The notes under the pieces were generated by a model, which saw only the letters and a program-made list of their open reading frames with translations, was not told the DNA's origin and ran no database searches. From assembly GCA_037444405.1 (NCBI GenBank), contig JBBIML010000011.1:96653-160652 (forward strand): a stretch of 64,000 bases of DNA, in the 5' to 3' direction. The position numbers and the translations under genes were made by a program. Positions 40,004 to 52,231 of this stretch are shown piece by piece. Within the stretch, counting starts at the first letter, position 1. Each line of letters begins with the position of its first letter. Source of the stretch: Armatimonadota bacterium (GTDB lineage: Bacteria; Armatimonadota; Fimbriimonadia; Fimbriimonadales; GBS-DC).

Positions 40004-41173
40004 TCACGCCCAGGCACTCCATTGCCCGAAGAGGTTGAGGCTATCCGTAGCGTGTACGCGGCGTGAAGGCGTTTCGGGCGAGGGCAGGGAGGAGGGCAGG
40101 TCGAACCATCGCCCTCCGAAAGCACCCTGCGAACCTGTACTGACCTCAAAATGGGCGAGTTGTAGCCCGCGTGCGGCTAACTGCTCGCGCAACTGCTGAG
40201 CTTGCTGCTCCAGCGATTGGCGTGTGAGGTCGCGCTCGGCAGCAAGCCACGCATGCACTTCGCTCCCCTCCACATGGATGCGAATCTGCAAGGTGCCCAG
40301 CTCCGGCGGCTCCAGCTGCAGATGGACGGTTCGCTCCTCACGATAGATCACCAGCCGCTCCAGCACATCAGCGACCTGCTGATAGAGTGGGGCTTCTGAT
40401 AGAGCGGTTGACTCGTGCAGCAAGAAACCGCCTGTTGCATGATGCAACGGCTGGAGAGGGGCAGGGAAGGGAGCAGGGTGTTCATGCGGAGCGAATGACG
40501 ACTCCCTGTGCTGAACAGATTCCACCTGCTGCTCGGTCTCCATCAGATTATCACGATGCGGCATGAAAAGGCGTTCCGATTCCAGCGATGGTGGCATGGT
40601 TTGAGGCGTCGCAGGCGAAACCAGCTCGTCCACGGGATTCTTATTTACAGGTTCTTGCCATAAAGTTGCTGCAATCTGCTTCGCTGATTGCATGTCTAAC
40701 GCTTTTTCATGATTGTCATTTAGAAAAGCTATGTATCGTGCATCTTTATTCGGGTTTTCACCATCAACCTGCACATTCAGGTTGCTAACGACAGATGCTG
40801 GTGTGCTACTGGCTGGTAGTGGCGGCAGGGGCAGGGGAGGGGGCATGGATGGCAGTGGACGCCCCGACTCCCCTGCAGTCTCTCTCCCACCCTCAAGGAG
40901 CGCGGGTGTGTCCGCAGGCGATGGCGCAGACATTGCTGGAATGAAGGCAGTTAGCAGCGCTGTTGCATCGCCTGCGACATTGCCTGTCGTGTTTATCGAT
41001 TGCCCGTTCTGCTGGGCAGGTGACCCATCTTTGCTGACAAGGGTGTCGGTGGGCGCGTGGGCGAGCGCGTCGAGCAGCTGCTCAAAGCCCATCTCGCCCT
41101 GTGAGAGGACTGTTCCTGTGAACAGTGGCACACCCTCCAGCTCTGGTGCGGTCTCAAGCCTGATGGTCATCAC
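40004..41173 (-). CDS. fliK: Hook-length control protein FliK
   Basis: LQLEPPELGTLQIRI C-terminal domain, upstream of flgD. Confidence 0.88.
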   Translation of the reverse strand: MMTIRLETAPELEGVPLFTGTVLSQGEMGFEQLLDALAHAPTDTLVSKDGSPAQQNGQSINTTGNVAGDATALLTAFIPAMSAPSPADTPALLEGGRETAGESGRPLPSMPPPLPLPPLPASSTPASVVSNLNVQVDGENPNKDARYIAFLNDNHEKALDMQSAKQIAATLWQEPVNKNPVDELVSPATPQTMPPSLESERLFMPHRDNLMETEQQVESVQHRESSFAPHEHPAPFPAPLQPLHHATGGFLLHESTALSEAPLYQQVADVLERLVIYREERTVHLQLEPPELGTLQIRIHVEGSEVHAWLAAERDLTRQSLEQQAQQLREQLAARGLQLAHFEVSTGSQGAFGGRWFDLPSSLPSPETPSRRVHATDSLNLFGQWSAWA

Positions 41174-41237
41174 GGGCTATTATCGGATGGCGGTTCCGGC
41201 TCTTTAGTGGTTCCGCTGGCGAGGTACACTTTGTGTG

Positions 41238-42041
41238 ATGGCACGCTGGGAGTTGCTGGCGACGGTAGTGGAGCATCGGCGGCATGCGCCCAATCAATAC
41301 GAGCTGATTTTGCACGCGCCGCCGATAGCCGAAACGGTTCAGCCGGGCCAGTTCGTGCTGGTGCGCCCGCTGGACACCCATGCCCCGTTACTGCGCCGCC
41401 CCTACAGCGTTCTGCGGGCGAACCCCGACAAGGGCGTGATCAGCCTGTTCTACTCGGTGCATGGCGTTTTCACCGAGCAGCTGTCGCTCAAGCCGGTCGG
41501 CTCCACCATTCGCGTGCTGGGTCCGCTGGGCAACTGGTTCCAGCGTGTGCCGGGTGTGAGCCGCCATATTCTGGTGGCAGGTGGCTTCGGTGCGCCGCCA
41601 CTCTGCTTTTTTGCCATGCGATTGGCGTCCACACTCAAAGCAGATGAGCGTATCGTCATTCTGGCGGGCGCTCGCAGCCGCGATCTGCTGGTCGGGCTGG
41701 ACGAGTTTCGAGCGCTGGGCGCAGAAGTGCATGTCGCCACCGAAGATGGCTCGCACGGCTACCCGGGGCTGGTCACGGACCTGCTAATCGAATCGTTAAA
41801 AGACCCGACGCCCGCTGCCGTCTATGCTTGCGGACCCAACGCGATGTTAAAGGTTGCAAGTCAGGCGTGTAAAGCGCGCGGTGTGCCGTGCTTTGTGTCG
41901 GTGGATGTGCCGATACCCTGTGGTGTAGGCGCCTGTCTGGGCTGCGCGGTGCGCGTCGCGATGCCCGATGGAGGGCAGTGGTTCCGACGCGCCTGCATCG
42001 AGGGACCTATCTTTCGGGGTGAGGAGGTGGTGTGGGAGTGA
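41238..42041 (+). CDS. pyrK: Dihydroorotate dehydrogenase electron transfer subunit
   Basis: LRRPYS, GPLGN, ACGP, CGVGACLGC..C. Confidence 0.92.
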   Translation: MARWELLATVVEHRRHAPNQYELILHAPPIAETVQPGQFVLVRPLDTHAPLLRRPYSVLRANPDKGVISLFYSVHGVFTEQLSLKPVGSTIRVLGPLGNWFQRVPGVSRHILVAGGFGAPPLCFFAMRLASTLKADERIVILAGARSRDLLVGLDEFRALGAEVHVATEDGSHGYPGLVTDLLIESLKDPTPAAVYACGPNAMLKVASQACKARGVPCFVSVDVPIPCGVGACLGCAVRVAMPDGGQWFRRACIEGPIFRGEEVVWE

Positions 42042-42967
42042 ATATAACGCCTGAACTGCGCGTGCAACTGGGACCCTTAACCCTGCCGAACCCTGTGCTG
42101 GCAGCATCGGGCACTTTCGGCTACGGGCTGGAGTATGCCGATCTTGTGAATCTGTCGATGTTGGGGGGCGTGGTGGTCAAAAGCCTGACACTATCGCCGC
42201 GGGCGGGCAACCCGCCGCCGCGCGTGGCGGAGACGCCTGCAGGCATGCTGAACGCAATCGGACTGCAAAACGAGGGTGTGGAGGCTTTCATAAGGGAGAT
42301 ACTGCCACGCCTGCGGGAGTACGGCGTGCCGATTATTGCAAGCGTTGCGGGCGAGACGGTGGAGGAGTTCTGCGCGGTGGCGGAGCGGCTTGGCAGTGCG
42401 CCGGGCATCGTCGCGCTGGAGCTGAACCTCTCCTGTCCCAATCAGGCGCGAGGTGGGATAGAGTTCGGCGTCGACCCGCAACTGACCGCAGCAGTGGTGC
42501 AGGCGGTGCGGGCACGGTGCAGCCTGCCGTTGATCGCCAAGCTCTCGCCGAATGTGACGGACATCGTGCCGATTGCGCGGGCGGCATGGCAGGCGGGCGC
42601 GGACGCTCTGAGCCTTATCAACAGCCTGTGGGGGCTTGCCGTCGATGTGCAGACGCGCCAGTTCAGGCTGGCGAACCGCACAGGCGGGCTAACGGGCGCC
42701 GCCATCAAGCCCGTCGCGCTCTATCATGTGTGGCGCGTGCATCAGGCTCTGCCAGAAGTACCTCTCATCGGTATCGGCGGCATCATGAGCTGGGAGGATG
42801 CAGTGGAGTTCCTGCTGGTGGGCGCAAGCGCAGTGCAGGTCGGCACAGCGAACTTCGTGCAACCCACCATCTGCCTGCAGATATTGCAGGGACTGCAACG
42901 CTATCTGGCGGAGCAGGGGATACCAAGCGTGCAGAGCCTTGTCGGAACTGTTCAGGATAACGGCTAA
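42038..42967 (+). CDS. pyrD: Dihydroorotate dehydrogenase 1B
   Basis: ASGTFGYG, NAIGLQN, ELNLSCPN, KLSPNVTDI. Confidence 0.95.
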   Translation: MNITPELRVQLGPLTLPNPVLAASGTFGYGLEYADLVNLSMLGGVVVKSLTLSPRAGNPPPRVAETPAGMLNAIGLQNEGVEAFIREILPRLREYGVPIIASVAGETVEEFCAVAERLGSAPGIVALELNLSCPNQARGGIEFGVDPQLTAAVVQAVRARCSLPLIAKLSPNVTDIVPIARAAWQAGADALSLINSLWGLAVDVQTRQFRLANRTGGLTGAAIKPVALYHVWRVHQALPEVPLIGIGGIMSWEDAVEFLLVGASAVQVGTANFVQPTICLQILQGLQRYLAEQGIPSVQSLVGTVQDNG

Positions 42968-42987
42968 AACCTGCACTTTAAAGGCGT

Positions 42988-44172
42988 TCAATCCCGCAGG
43001 GCGTTCTCCAGCGACTGGAGCATTCGCAACGCGTCGCTTTCTGACAGGTTCGGTTGCTGAAGGGCGCGGATGGCGTCCAGCAGGGCGCGGCGCAGCTCCG
43101 AATCGGCTGGTAACGTCTCCATCACCTGCATCAGCGTGTAGCCTGCGGGCAGCCCCAGCCGTCGGCAGAGGCGGCGGCGTATATCCTCCAGCACAATCTC
43201 CAGCGCGGGCTGAACCGCGCGTGCGCTGGCATATAACCCTGTCAGCGCGTCCACATATTCGCCCAGCGCGGGCTTGCGCGGTCGGGCAGGGCGGGGTAGA
43301 CCGAAGCGACGCCCCACGCTGTACATCGCCAGCGCGGTCAGCACCATCAGGTGCGCAAAGGCGATTTTCAAGCCTGTGGGCGCGTAGTCCCAGAAGCCCT
43401 GCCGCTGCGTCTCGTACTCCAGATCGCCCTGACCCGCATCGTCGAAGTAGACGACACCTCCTTTCGGCAGCCGCCAGCGGGTGAACGCCAGGATAAATGC
43501 GCCATTATCCGCGCGCCGCAGATGGGCGTTCGTCAACCAGTCGTGGTCGACGCACTCCAGAACCACCCCTTTGCCACGGTAGCGAAGCGCGACCGCTATG
43601 CCCCTCGAATCGCCCATCAGCGGCACCCATCGGACGGCGTTCGGTTTCAGGCGCGAGCCGCGCTCGCCCATCTCCAGCGACACCACGCCCGCCATCCAGT
43701 CTGGCTTCAGAACAGGTGCGGCGGTGAAGCGCCCGGAGGCGCGCGTAACGAAGGGTGGGGCAGGGGGGTCAAACTCGGGCGCCAGCGGCGCTGGCATCCG
43801 TGGGTCGTTGCCCAGCAACACCAGCACACCGCCCGCCTCCACCCATCGCTGCAACGCCTGCTGATCGGTCTCGTCCCAGTATTGGTGCTGGGTGAACAGC
43901 GCGGTCAAGGAGGTGGGAAAGACGATGAGCATATCGGCATCGGGCGGCAGGTGGCGGAACGGGCGGCGCAGCGAGCGCACTTGATAGCCGTTGCGTTGCA
44001 ACAGTTTCGTCAGCCCACGCGCGCCCTCCGCATGGCGACTGTAGCTGAGCGCGAGGGGCAGAGCCGTCGGGTCTTCCAGCCGCGAAATCGTGTGCAGGGC
44101 ATAGCCGATCAGCCCTGCCAGCCCCAGCAGCATCGCCATCAGCACCAGTCGCTCACGCCACTCTCTGCGCAT
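42988..44172 (-). CDS. DUF4350-domain membrane protein
   Basis: SYS...G, WVEAGG.LV, LTNAHL..ADN, GRRFG, EYV..L..LY. Confidence 0.75.
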   Translation of the reverse strand: MRREWRERLVLMAMLLGLAGLIGYALHTISRLEDPTALPLALSYSRHAEGARGLTKLLQRNGYQVRSLRRPFRHLPPDADMLIVFPTSLTALFTQHQYWDETDQQALQRWVEAGGVLVLLGNDPRMPAPLAPEFDPPAPPFVTRASGRFTAAPVLKPDWMAGVVSLEMGERGSRLKPNAVRWVPLMGDSRGIAVALRYRGKGVVLECVDHDWLTNAHLRRADNGAFILAFTRWRLPKGGVVYFDDAGQGDLEYETQRQGFWDYAPTGLKIAFAHLMVLTALAMYSVGRRFGLPRPARPRKPALGEYVDALTGLYASARAVQPALEIVLEDIRRRLCRRLGLPAGYTLMQVMETLPADSELRRALLDAIRALQQPNLSESDALRMLQSLENALRD

Positions 44173-45136
44173 CGGCTCGCACCACCCGATTGAGCGTTTC
44201 AAAGACCGATTCAAACTGCCCGAAATCGCTTTCGCTGGCTGGCTCCTTGCCGTACCAGAGATAGTCAAAGCGTACTGTCAGAGGCTGGAGCAGCTGGTAG
44301 GCTTGTTCGCGTGTAGCAGGGGCGGGCAGGGCAGGTGAGCGCAGGCGCATCAGATGCTCCCAGTTGGTGCGGGACGGCTCATAATCGAGCAGGTGTGCTT
44401 CGTGCAACAGGCGTAGTATCCCCAGATAGAGGGCGCGCGCCGCGGCTCGCAAATCGCCCTGCGCCCGTAGCTGTTGTGCCAGCGCGTGCCACTCGGTTGA
44501 GGCGAGCAGGCGAGCGTCGATGAGCTCCTCGTCAAGAGCGGGTAGGGCGCGACGCTCGCGCCGCCACTCCAGCCGCCCTATCAGATACGACGCCCCAAAC
44601 GCGATGATTAATATCAGCAGCGCCACGATCACCCACTGCACAATCGCGCCCCAGGCGCCGCCCGTGCCTGCGGGCAAACCGCGCAACAGCCGCGCCAGCC
44701 AGCGACCAATCTGTTCGATGAATCGGAAGATTGCCTCGCCGATACGCTCTATCAGCGATTTGGGCGGTGGCTGCATATCGGGTTCAGCAAAGATGGCGTC
44801 CAGTTGCGCTCGCACCGTGCTGGGGTCCGGTGAGCGCGCATCGCTTCGGAGCGTGGCGCGATAGCTTTCGAGGGCGCGCCGCGCTTCGCGCAGGGCGCCT
44901 GCTCGCTGGCTCCAGCGTGCGCTATCGAGTCGGCGCTCCAGCGGCTCGCGGGCAGGGGCGGGAAGTGGGCTGATCGCCCGCCGCGCCCCCTCGATCAGCC
45001 GCTGGCGCTGGGAGCCCTGTGCCCGCTGCGCCTGCGTCAACAGCGACTCCGCCCGCGCCAGCGCCTCCTCCAGCGACGGCTGCGACCAGCCTGCCAGCCA
45101 CAGCAACCCACCCAGCAACCAGCCCAGCCATCTCAC
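44153..45136 (-). CDS. DUF4129-domain protein
   Basis: AARALYL, SRTNWEHL, FDYLWYG. Confidence 0.8.
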   Translation of the reverse strand: MRWLGWLLGGLLWLAGWSQPSLEEALARAESLLTQAQRAQGSQRQRLIEGARRAISPLPAPAREPLERRLDSARWSQRAGALREARRALESYRATLRSDARSPDPSTVRAQLDAIFAEPDMQPPPKSLIERIGEAIFRFIEQIGRWLARLLRGLPAGTGGAWGAIVQWVIVALLILIIAFGASYLIGRLEWRRERRALPALDEELIDARLLASTEWHALAQQLRAQGDLRAAARALYLGILRLLHEAHLLDYEPSRTNWEHLMRLRSPALPAPATREQAYQLLQPLTVRFDYLWYGKEPASESDFGQFESVFETLNRVVRADAQRVA

Positions 45137-46200
45137 GCCTGCAGTGACCCCTCCTGTGCCAGCGCCAGCCGAATGTCCATCCCCTCATAACGATAACGCA
45201 AATCGTAATAGAGTAAAAAGCTCGTCATATACATCACGGGCATCAACAGGCTGAAACCCAGATAATAAAGGAGATTAAACGCCTGATTGAGGCTTGAGTT
45301 CCAGCGCAGGAAGAACGCCTCCGGATCGAAGTAAGTGCGCACAATCAGATAGCCCAGAGCCGCCAGCATGCCAACCAGCAGATACGATGCGGTTAGAACC
45401 ACTGCATGAAAGCCGATGAGCGCAAGCGCGCTGAGGAACGCATGCCGGAAATTCCTGCCGACCAGCCGAAAGGCACGGTCGAACGCGGTCAGCGCGTCGG
45501 TGTTTGGCTCCAGAATCACTATCTGGGGCAGGATGAAGAACCAGACACTCACCGCCGCCGCCGCAACCACCCACAGAATCGTAATGAAGAGGCTACCCAG
45601 CATCGCCAGGATCAATGAAGTAGTACCGCCCCCTCCAGCCGCGCTTACACCTACCGCCATGAACAAACCTATTAAGAGAATGACAAAAAAGATTCCAATC
45701 ACTACATGCAAAATAGCAAGAGCGATAACAGCCAGCAGCTGATTTGCAATCAGGTGCCAGAAGCGCGGTTTCAGGCGCGCCCACGCCGACCGAATCGTGA
45801 CGGGTTCGCCCTGCAAGCGCATCGCGGCGACAAGCGAGGTCACCGCCGCGTGCAGGGCAGGTGTAATGAACAGAAAGGGATAGGCGAGGCAGACGGAAGC
45901 GAGGTAGATTATATCGGCGGTGGCAAACGGCTGGGGCGTGCGCGTGGCAGCGTTCAGGGCGACAATCGGCACCAGCGTCACCAGCACCAGCGTGAGGAGC
46001 GGGGCGTAGACCAGCACGGACGCCTTCGCCATCACGGGAAAGTTTTCGCGATAGAAGGCAACGGCGTCATCTATCATCTCAAAGGGCGACATCGGGCGCA
46101 GCAACCACTGATAGCGGGTGCGTACCAGCTCCGCTTCGCCCACGCGCCAGTCGCTTGCTGCCGTTTCGTGCCAGTGCTCCATGCCAATCACCTGATTCAA
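45133..46200 (-). CDS. Multi-pass membrane protein typical of DUF4129/DUF4350 clusters
   Basis: LRPMSPFEMIDDA..YR, LYYDLRYRYEGMD. Confidence 0.75.
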   Translation of the reverse strand: MNQVIGMEHWHETAASDWRVGEAELVRTRYQWLLRPMSPFEMIDDAVAFYRENFPVMAKASVLVYAPLLTLVLVTLVPIVALNAATRTPQPFATADIIYLASVCLAYPFLFITPALHAAVTSLVAAMRLQGEPVTIRSAWARLKPRFWHLIANQLLAVIALAILHVVIGIFFVILLIGLFMAVGVSAAGGGGTTSLILAMLGSLFITILWVVAAAAVSVWFFILPQIVILEPNTDALTAFDRAFRLVGRNFRHAFLSALALIGFHAVVLTASYLLVGMLAALGYLIVRTYFDPEAFFLRWNSSLNQAFNLLYYLGFSLLMPVMYMTSFLLYYDLRYRYEGMDIRLALAQEGSLQA

Positions 46201-46221
46201 CGCGCGATACGCCGTCTCCTG

Positions 46222-46878
46222 CTACGGCGGGTCTATCAGCGATGCCACCTGCGCGCGCAGAAACTCCAGCTGCTGTTGGGGCGATGGCAGCGCCAGAATC
46301 TGCTCGGCAGGGATGGGCAAGCCAAATCTCACCGTGATAACACTGAATGCAACGCGTGGAAAAAGTTTACCGTAGGGAATCAGCCGTTCGGTGCCGCGAA
46401 TGCCCACGGGCAGCACGGGCGCGCGCGTCTGACGCAGAATCAGCAGCACGCCTGGCAAAAACGGCAACAGCTCGCCCGTCTCACTGCATTCGCCTTCGGG
46501 AAAGATGCCGAGCGCTTCGCCCGCGCGCACGGCTTCAATCGCTTGCAGGAGCGCGGCGCGGTCGGCGGAACGCTGGCGCACGGGGATCGCCCGCGCCAGG
46601 CGCAGTATGCTGCCGATAATGGGCAGGTCGAACACATCCGCACGCCCCATGAAGCAGATATGGCGCGGTGAGGCGTACCAGAGCGCGATGGGGTCTGCAA
46701 TCGAGAGATGGTTCGCGATCACAATCAGTCCGCCGCGTCTGGGCACGCGCTCGCGCCCGATGATGCGCAGCCAGCAGCCGAACGGGATTCGCAGAATCAG
46801 CCCGAAGAAAAGTTTGCAGAACGCGAAGGCGGGCGGGAACAGCAGGCGGTGCAGGAGCGGGATTTTGCGCTTAGCCAT
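46222..46878 (-). CDS. plsC: 1-acyl-sn-glycerol-3-phosphate acyltransferase
   Basis: NHLSIADP, IFPEG. Confidence 0.9.
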   Translation of the reverse strand: MAKRKIPLLHRLLFPPAFAFCKLFFGLILRIPFGCWLRIIGRERVPRRGGLIVIANHLSIADPIALWYASPRHICFMGRADVFDLPIIGSILRLARAIPVRQRSADRAALLQAIEAVRAGEALGIFPEGECSETGELLPFLPGVLLILRQTRAPVLPVGIRGTERLIPYGKLFPRVAFSVITVRFGLPIPAEQILALPSPQQQLEFLRAQVASLIDPP

Positions 46879-46901
46879 AGAGTCCGATAAGAAACATTAT
46901 G

Positions 46902-47513
46902 TTAACTATAGTCCTCGCTCACGCCCGCCGCCTCCAGCACTGCCTCCGTCATGTAAATCGGCGCGTTAAAGCGCAGCGCAATCGCGATCGCGTCGCTCGG
47001 ACGCGCGTCGATTTCGATCTCTTCTTCGTCTTCCAGATTCTTGCGGACGACGAGGAAAATTTTCGCGTAGAAGGTCTCGCGCCACAGGTCGTCAATCACC
47101 ACACGGTCGACCCGTGCGCCCAGTCGGTCCAGGATGTTGCGCATGAGGTCGTGTGTGAGCGGTCGTTGCGGCGCGGAGCCGCTGAGCGCCAGCGCGATCG
47201 AGTAGGCTTCGAACTGCCCGATGAGAATCGGCACGCGCCGTCCGTAGTTGTCGTGCAGTTCCACCAGTGTGTAGCGTGGTTGACCGGGTTCCTGGCGCTC
47301 GTAGACGCCTGTGACGCGGACTTCCAGCTCGCGTCCGCGGTCGTAGGCGGGCGGTTCGTCCAGCTCGTCGTCGTAGTCGGGCAGGTCGCCCAGCAGCCGT
47401 CGCAGCTGTTCCTCATCGATCTCACCCGACACCTGCTCCTCACCCTCGTAGGAGCCTTCAGGCTCCTTATCGGGTTCGTCTTCGTAGCGTCGTTGGCGTT
47501 CGTCGTCTCGCAT
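46902..47513 (-). CDS. Bifunctional nuclease family (DUF151)
   Basis: PILIGQFEA, RPLTHDL, IDARPSDAIAIA. Confidence 0.92.
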   Translation of the reverse strand: MRDDERQRRYEDEPDKEPEGSYEGEEQVSGEIDEEQLRRLLGDLPDYDDELDEPPAYDRGRELEVRVTGVYERQEPGQPRYTLVELHDNYGRRVPILIGQFEAYSIALALSGSAPQRPLTHDLMRNILDRLGARVDRVVIDDLWRETFYAKIFLVVRKNLEDEEEIEIDARPSDAIAIALRFNAPIYMTEAVLEAAGVSEDYS

Positions 47514-47527
47514 GGCGCTTGCCTCCT

Positions 47528-49009
<1,482 letters not shown>

Positions 49010-49111
49010 TCGCGTCCGTCTGTCTGTACAACAGATGTCTGGTTATGGGGATGCTCACCATCGCTATTGTACCCTATCGAGCCATCGATTTGCAACTCCT
49101 TGCCGTCTGCC

Positions 49112-49894
49112 CTACTCGGGATCGTAATAGGTGTCGCCCGTGACAGGCAGGAACCAGCCGATGCGGTGGCGAGCAGGGTTCGCACCAGTATAGACGCCGC
49201 TGCACTCGGTGGAGGTTCCCATTTTGAGCGGGCGTGCATGCCCATCGACAAAGGATAGCTGCGCGACGCCATGGTGCCGAAAATGCACCGATGGGTCTAA
49301 CGGGTAGACCGCATTCGGCACGCGACTCAGCACATCGGGCGGCGCAATCAGAAAGGTGTATTCCGCCAGCCCCGTGCCGATGTCTAATGCGCCATCGGCG
49401 AACATCGCCGTCTCCGCCGGCTTCATAATCTCTGCTTCCGAGAGCGAGCCATCATAGGCGGGCAGCCCCGGTGTATAGCCGATGAACCACAGGCGCGTGC
49501 CGACGCCGATGTCATTATAGACATAGCCGCCCGTGCCGATGTCGAAGCCCACCTGCGTCTCAAAGGTTGGACAGCGCCTCAGCATGCCTCCGTCCTTCAT
49601 GTAGGGCACCAGCGGTCCGTCGCGCGGTTCGAACCGCCCGTCGCGATTGCGCACCCCGAACCAGCGGCGCTGGTCGTGCAGGAACTCAGGCGCAGCGGGC
49701 ACAAAGTAGCCGTCCCAGTCGCCCGCATAGAGCTGGTTCGCCAGCGTGAGCTGACGCAGGTTACCGAGGCACGCGCTGCGTCTCCCCTGCTCTCTTGCCT
49801 GCGCCAGCACGGGCATCAGCATGGCAGCTAAAACCGCCACAATCGCGATAGCCACCAGCAGCTCCACCAGCGTGAACGCTGCTCGCGTTCCCAT
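49112..49894 (-). CDS. Prepilin-type N-terminal cleavage/methylation protein with H-X9-DG domain
   Basis: [36 protein letters not shown]. Confidence 0.9.
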   Translation of the reverse strand: MGTRAAFTLVELLVAIAIVAVLAAMLMPVLAQAREQGRRSACLGNLRQLTLANQLYAGDWDGYFVPAAPEFLHDQRRWFGVRNRDGRFEPRDGPLVPYMKDGGMLRRCPTFETQVGFDIGTGGYVYNDIGVGTRLWFIGYTPGLPAYDGSLSEAEIMKPAETAMFADGALDIGTGLAEYTFLIAPPDVLSRVPNAVYPLDPSVHFRHHGVAQLSFVDGHARPLKMGTSTECSGVYTGANPARHRIGWFLPVTGDTYYDPE

Positions 49895-49898
49895 CCAC

Positions 49899-51368
49899 TT
49901 ACCAGCTGCTACCTGTACCTGCGCCGGTGCCCCCACCTGGCACTCGAATCGGGTTCGATTCCACAAAGGCGTACAGCATGCGGTTGGAAGCCGAGACATA
50001 AAGCACATCTATTGGCTGCATATCACCAAAGCGCGCCAGCACGGGCGAGACGCGGATGGCAGCGCCTAAATAGCGCATCCACAGGATCGAACCGTCAGGA
50101 TTGAGCGCGTAGAGATAGCCCCGGTCGTCGCCGATGAAGAGGCGCCCGTTCGCATCGATGGTCGGCGTGCAACGGCTCACATTGCGCAGCACCCGCTGCC
50201 ATTTGACCGTGCCGTCCGACGCCCGAATAGCCACCAGTGCGCTATTGCTGGGGCTATTGCGCACGACCACATAGAGCGTCTCCTCGTTGCCGTTGTTCGG
50301 GTCGGGACCGATGGCGGGACCCGCCATGATGGGCTTGTTCAGCTCGGCAACCCAGAGCTTGGCAGGCGCCAGCGTGTCGATGGCGTAGACCCGTCCATAG
50401 TTGGTGGCGCAGACAAACACCGTCTGGTTGTCTTCGCTCATCACGGCGGGACGATCACAGATGTCGCTGGTGATGGGCGACGAATCCTGCGGGTCGACCC
50501 TGCTCAAAGCTTCCAACGAGGTGAACCAGAGAATCGCCGGCGCACCCAGCGGCGTCATGTCATAGCAGATAATATGCCCTGAGTGATGCGTTGAGATTAC
50601 TATATCGGAGTAACCCGATGCGCCCACAATGCTATAGACAGCTCCGGGTACAAATCCCAGCAGGTCAGGTGGATTCAGAGGCACATCCACATACAGGTAG
50701 GGGAAGCTCTCGCCAGTGTCCTCAACGACCACCCAGAAGACCATGATGGGGGTTACCAGACCAGTGTTGTCCCCGATGAGAATATAGCCGGAAAGACCCT
50801 CTGTGTAGGCGGTCAAGCCAGAACGATATGCGGGTATGCCCGCCCCGATCCAGTAGATAGGAGGCAGACCTAGAATGGGATTGGGACTGTAAACGAGGAT
50901 GTCGTACTGTCCGCCCGAAAGCACCAGCACGGGCCAATCACTTATCACATCGCTGAAATCGCCCTGGCTCGTGCGCACATACACCGCTGTATTGAGGATG
51001 ATGGGCGTTGAGGCTTGACCCCAATAAGGCCACACCGTACCCAGCAGACTGCCACCCAGTGCATCAACAATGCGGTAGTGTGTGTAGCGTGGATTATTCG
51101 GGTATGGGTGTGTTGGGAACCAGAGCTGAGCGGCGTTGTCAATCATCGGCTCATCAATCAGCCCGCCGGGTAGAAACCAGAGCAGGCGCGGGTTGGTCGG
51201 TCCCTGCGCTGCAGGGTGATGATGGCTGTTGCGCAGGTCGTTACCCCACTTGGTCCACTGAAAGTCGGGCACGAAAATGGAGGGCACAAAGGTCGCATCA
51301 AACTGAGCCTGTGCAATACCCTGCCCTACGATGACCAGACTGATAAGCATAACTTTAATCACTCGCAT
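49899..51368 (-). CDS. Secreted PQQ-like (BamB-type) beta-propeller
   Basis: Signal peptide; [27 protein letters not shown] repeats. Confidence 0.8.
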   Translation of the reverse strand: MRVIKVMLISLVIVGQGIAQAQFDATFVPSIFVPDFQWTKWGNDLRNSHHHPAAQGPTNPRLLWFLPGGLIDEPMIDNAAQLWFPTHPYPNNPRYTHYRIVDALGGSLLGTVWPYWGQASTPIILNTAVYVRTSQGDFSDVISDWPVLVLSGGQYDILVYSPNPILGLPPIYWIGAGIPAYRSGLTAYTEGLSGYILIGDNTGLVTPIMVFWVVVEDTGESFPYLYVDVPLNPPDLLGFVPGAVYSIVGASGYSDIVISTHHSGHIICYDMTPLGAPAILWFTSLEALSRVDPQDSSPITSDICDRPAVMSEDNQTVFVCATNYGRVYAIDTLAPAKLWVAELNKPIMAGPAIGPDPNNGNEETLYVVVRNSPSNSALVAIRASDGTVKWQRVLRNVSRCTPTIDANGRLFIGDDRGYLYALNPDGSILWMRYLGAAIRVSPVLARFGDMQPIDVLYVSASNRMLYAFVESNPIRVPGGGTGAGTGSSW

Positions 51369-51381
51369 GGTAGGACCTCCT

Positions 51382-52059
51382 TCACAGTAGCGGAATGGCG
51401 CGCACATGAGTATAGATATCACCCTGTATGACAACGCCAGTGTAGAGGTATGTATACTGGCTTTCGATATAAATCAACCCGGCGGGCAGCCCTTGCAGAA
51501 AGGAAGCAACCTGGTCCGGTTGCGCATTCGGGTTTGGACGCTGGCTGGCGGAGGGCGACCGATCCCAGATCATCAAAATAACATCGCCCTGTTGCTCCAC
51601 CTGCTGTGGCGGGTCGTTATCATCATAACGCAGCGCCCGTGCCCGGAAGACCAACAGAGCCCCCTTGCCCTCTGGAACTTCACCGACATCCATGAATTGC
51701 TGATTCTGAATGTTCGCCTCGGAGCCGTCTGCCGCGATCTGGATCATGGCGCCAGGTGCAGGGGGAGGAGGGGGTACCACCCGAAAACGGAAATAGATTG
51801 CGTTATGAGTGAACCGCGACACTTCAAACAGTTGTAGCGCGCGGAGCGCCATCTCGGCGTTAACGGGACCCGCTGGATTCGCTGCCAGACGGGCGCCGTC
51901 GATCATAAAAGGAGGTGGTCCGCCAGGTAACTCTGGATCACTGACGGGTCCAAGCACCCGTGCTGCCATAAGCACCATCGGTCGCCCGCCAATCTGGGCA
52001 ATCACGGGCAACATCAGCGCCACGCTCGCTACAATCGCTATCCCTATGGCTCGTCTCAT
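51382..52059 (-). CDS. Secreted hypothetical protein
   Basis: Signal peptide, SD aggagg, operonic with the propeller gene. Confidence 0.7.
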   Translation of the reverse strand: MRRAIGIAIVASVALMLPVIAQIGGRPMVLMAARVLGPVSDPELPGGPPPFMIDGARLAANPAGPVNAEMALRALQLFEVSRFTHNAIYFRFRVVPPPPPAPGAMIQIAADGSEANIQNQQFMDVGEVPEGKGALLVFRARALRYDDNDPPQQVEQQGDVILMIWDRSPSASQRPNPNAQPDQVASFLQGLPAGLIYIESQYTYLYTGVVIQGDIYTHVRAIPLL

Positions 52060-52231
52060 CTCAAAACCTCCTTCTTCCCGGTTCGGGAGTGCGCTCGCGA
52101 TTCCTGCTTAATCGCGGTCGAATTCGATTATACCCGCATATTAGACAGGTGAAGCCTGATTTGGGTTTCGCTACCCGATGGATCGATTCGTGGCAGGAAT
52201 GCTTTGCCCTGCCGCGAATTCCCTTTTGGCG

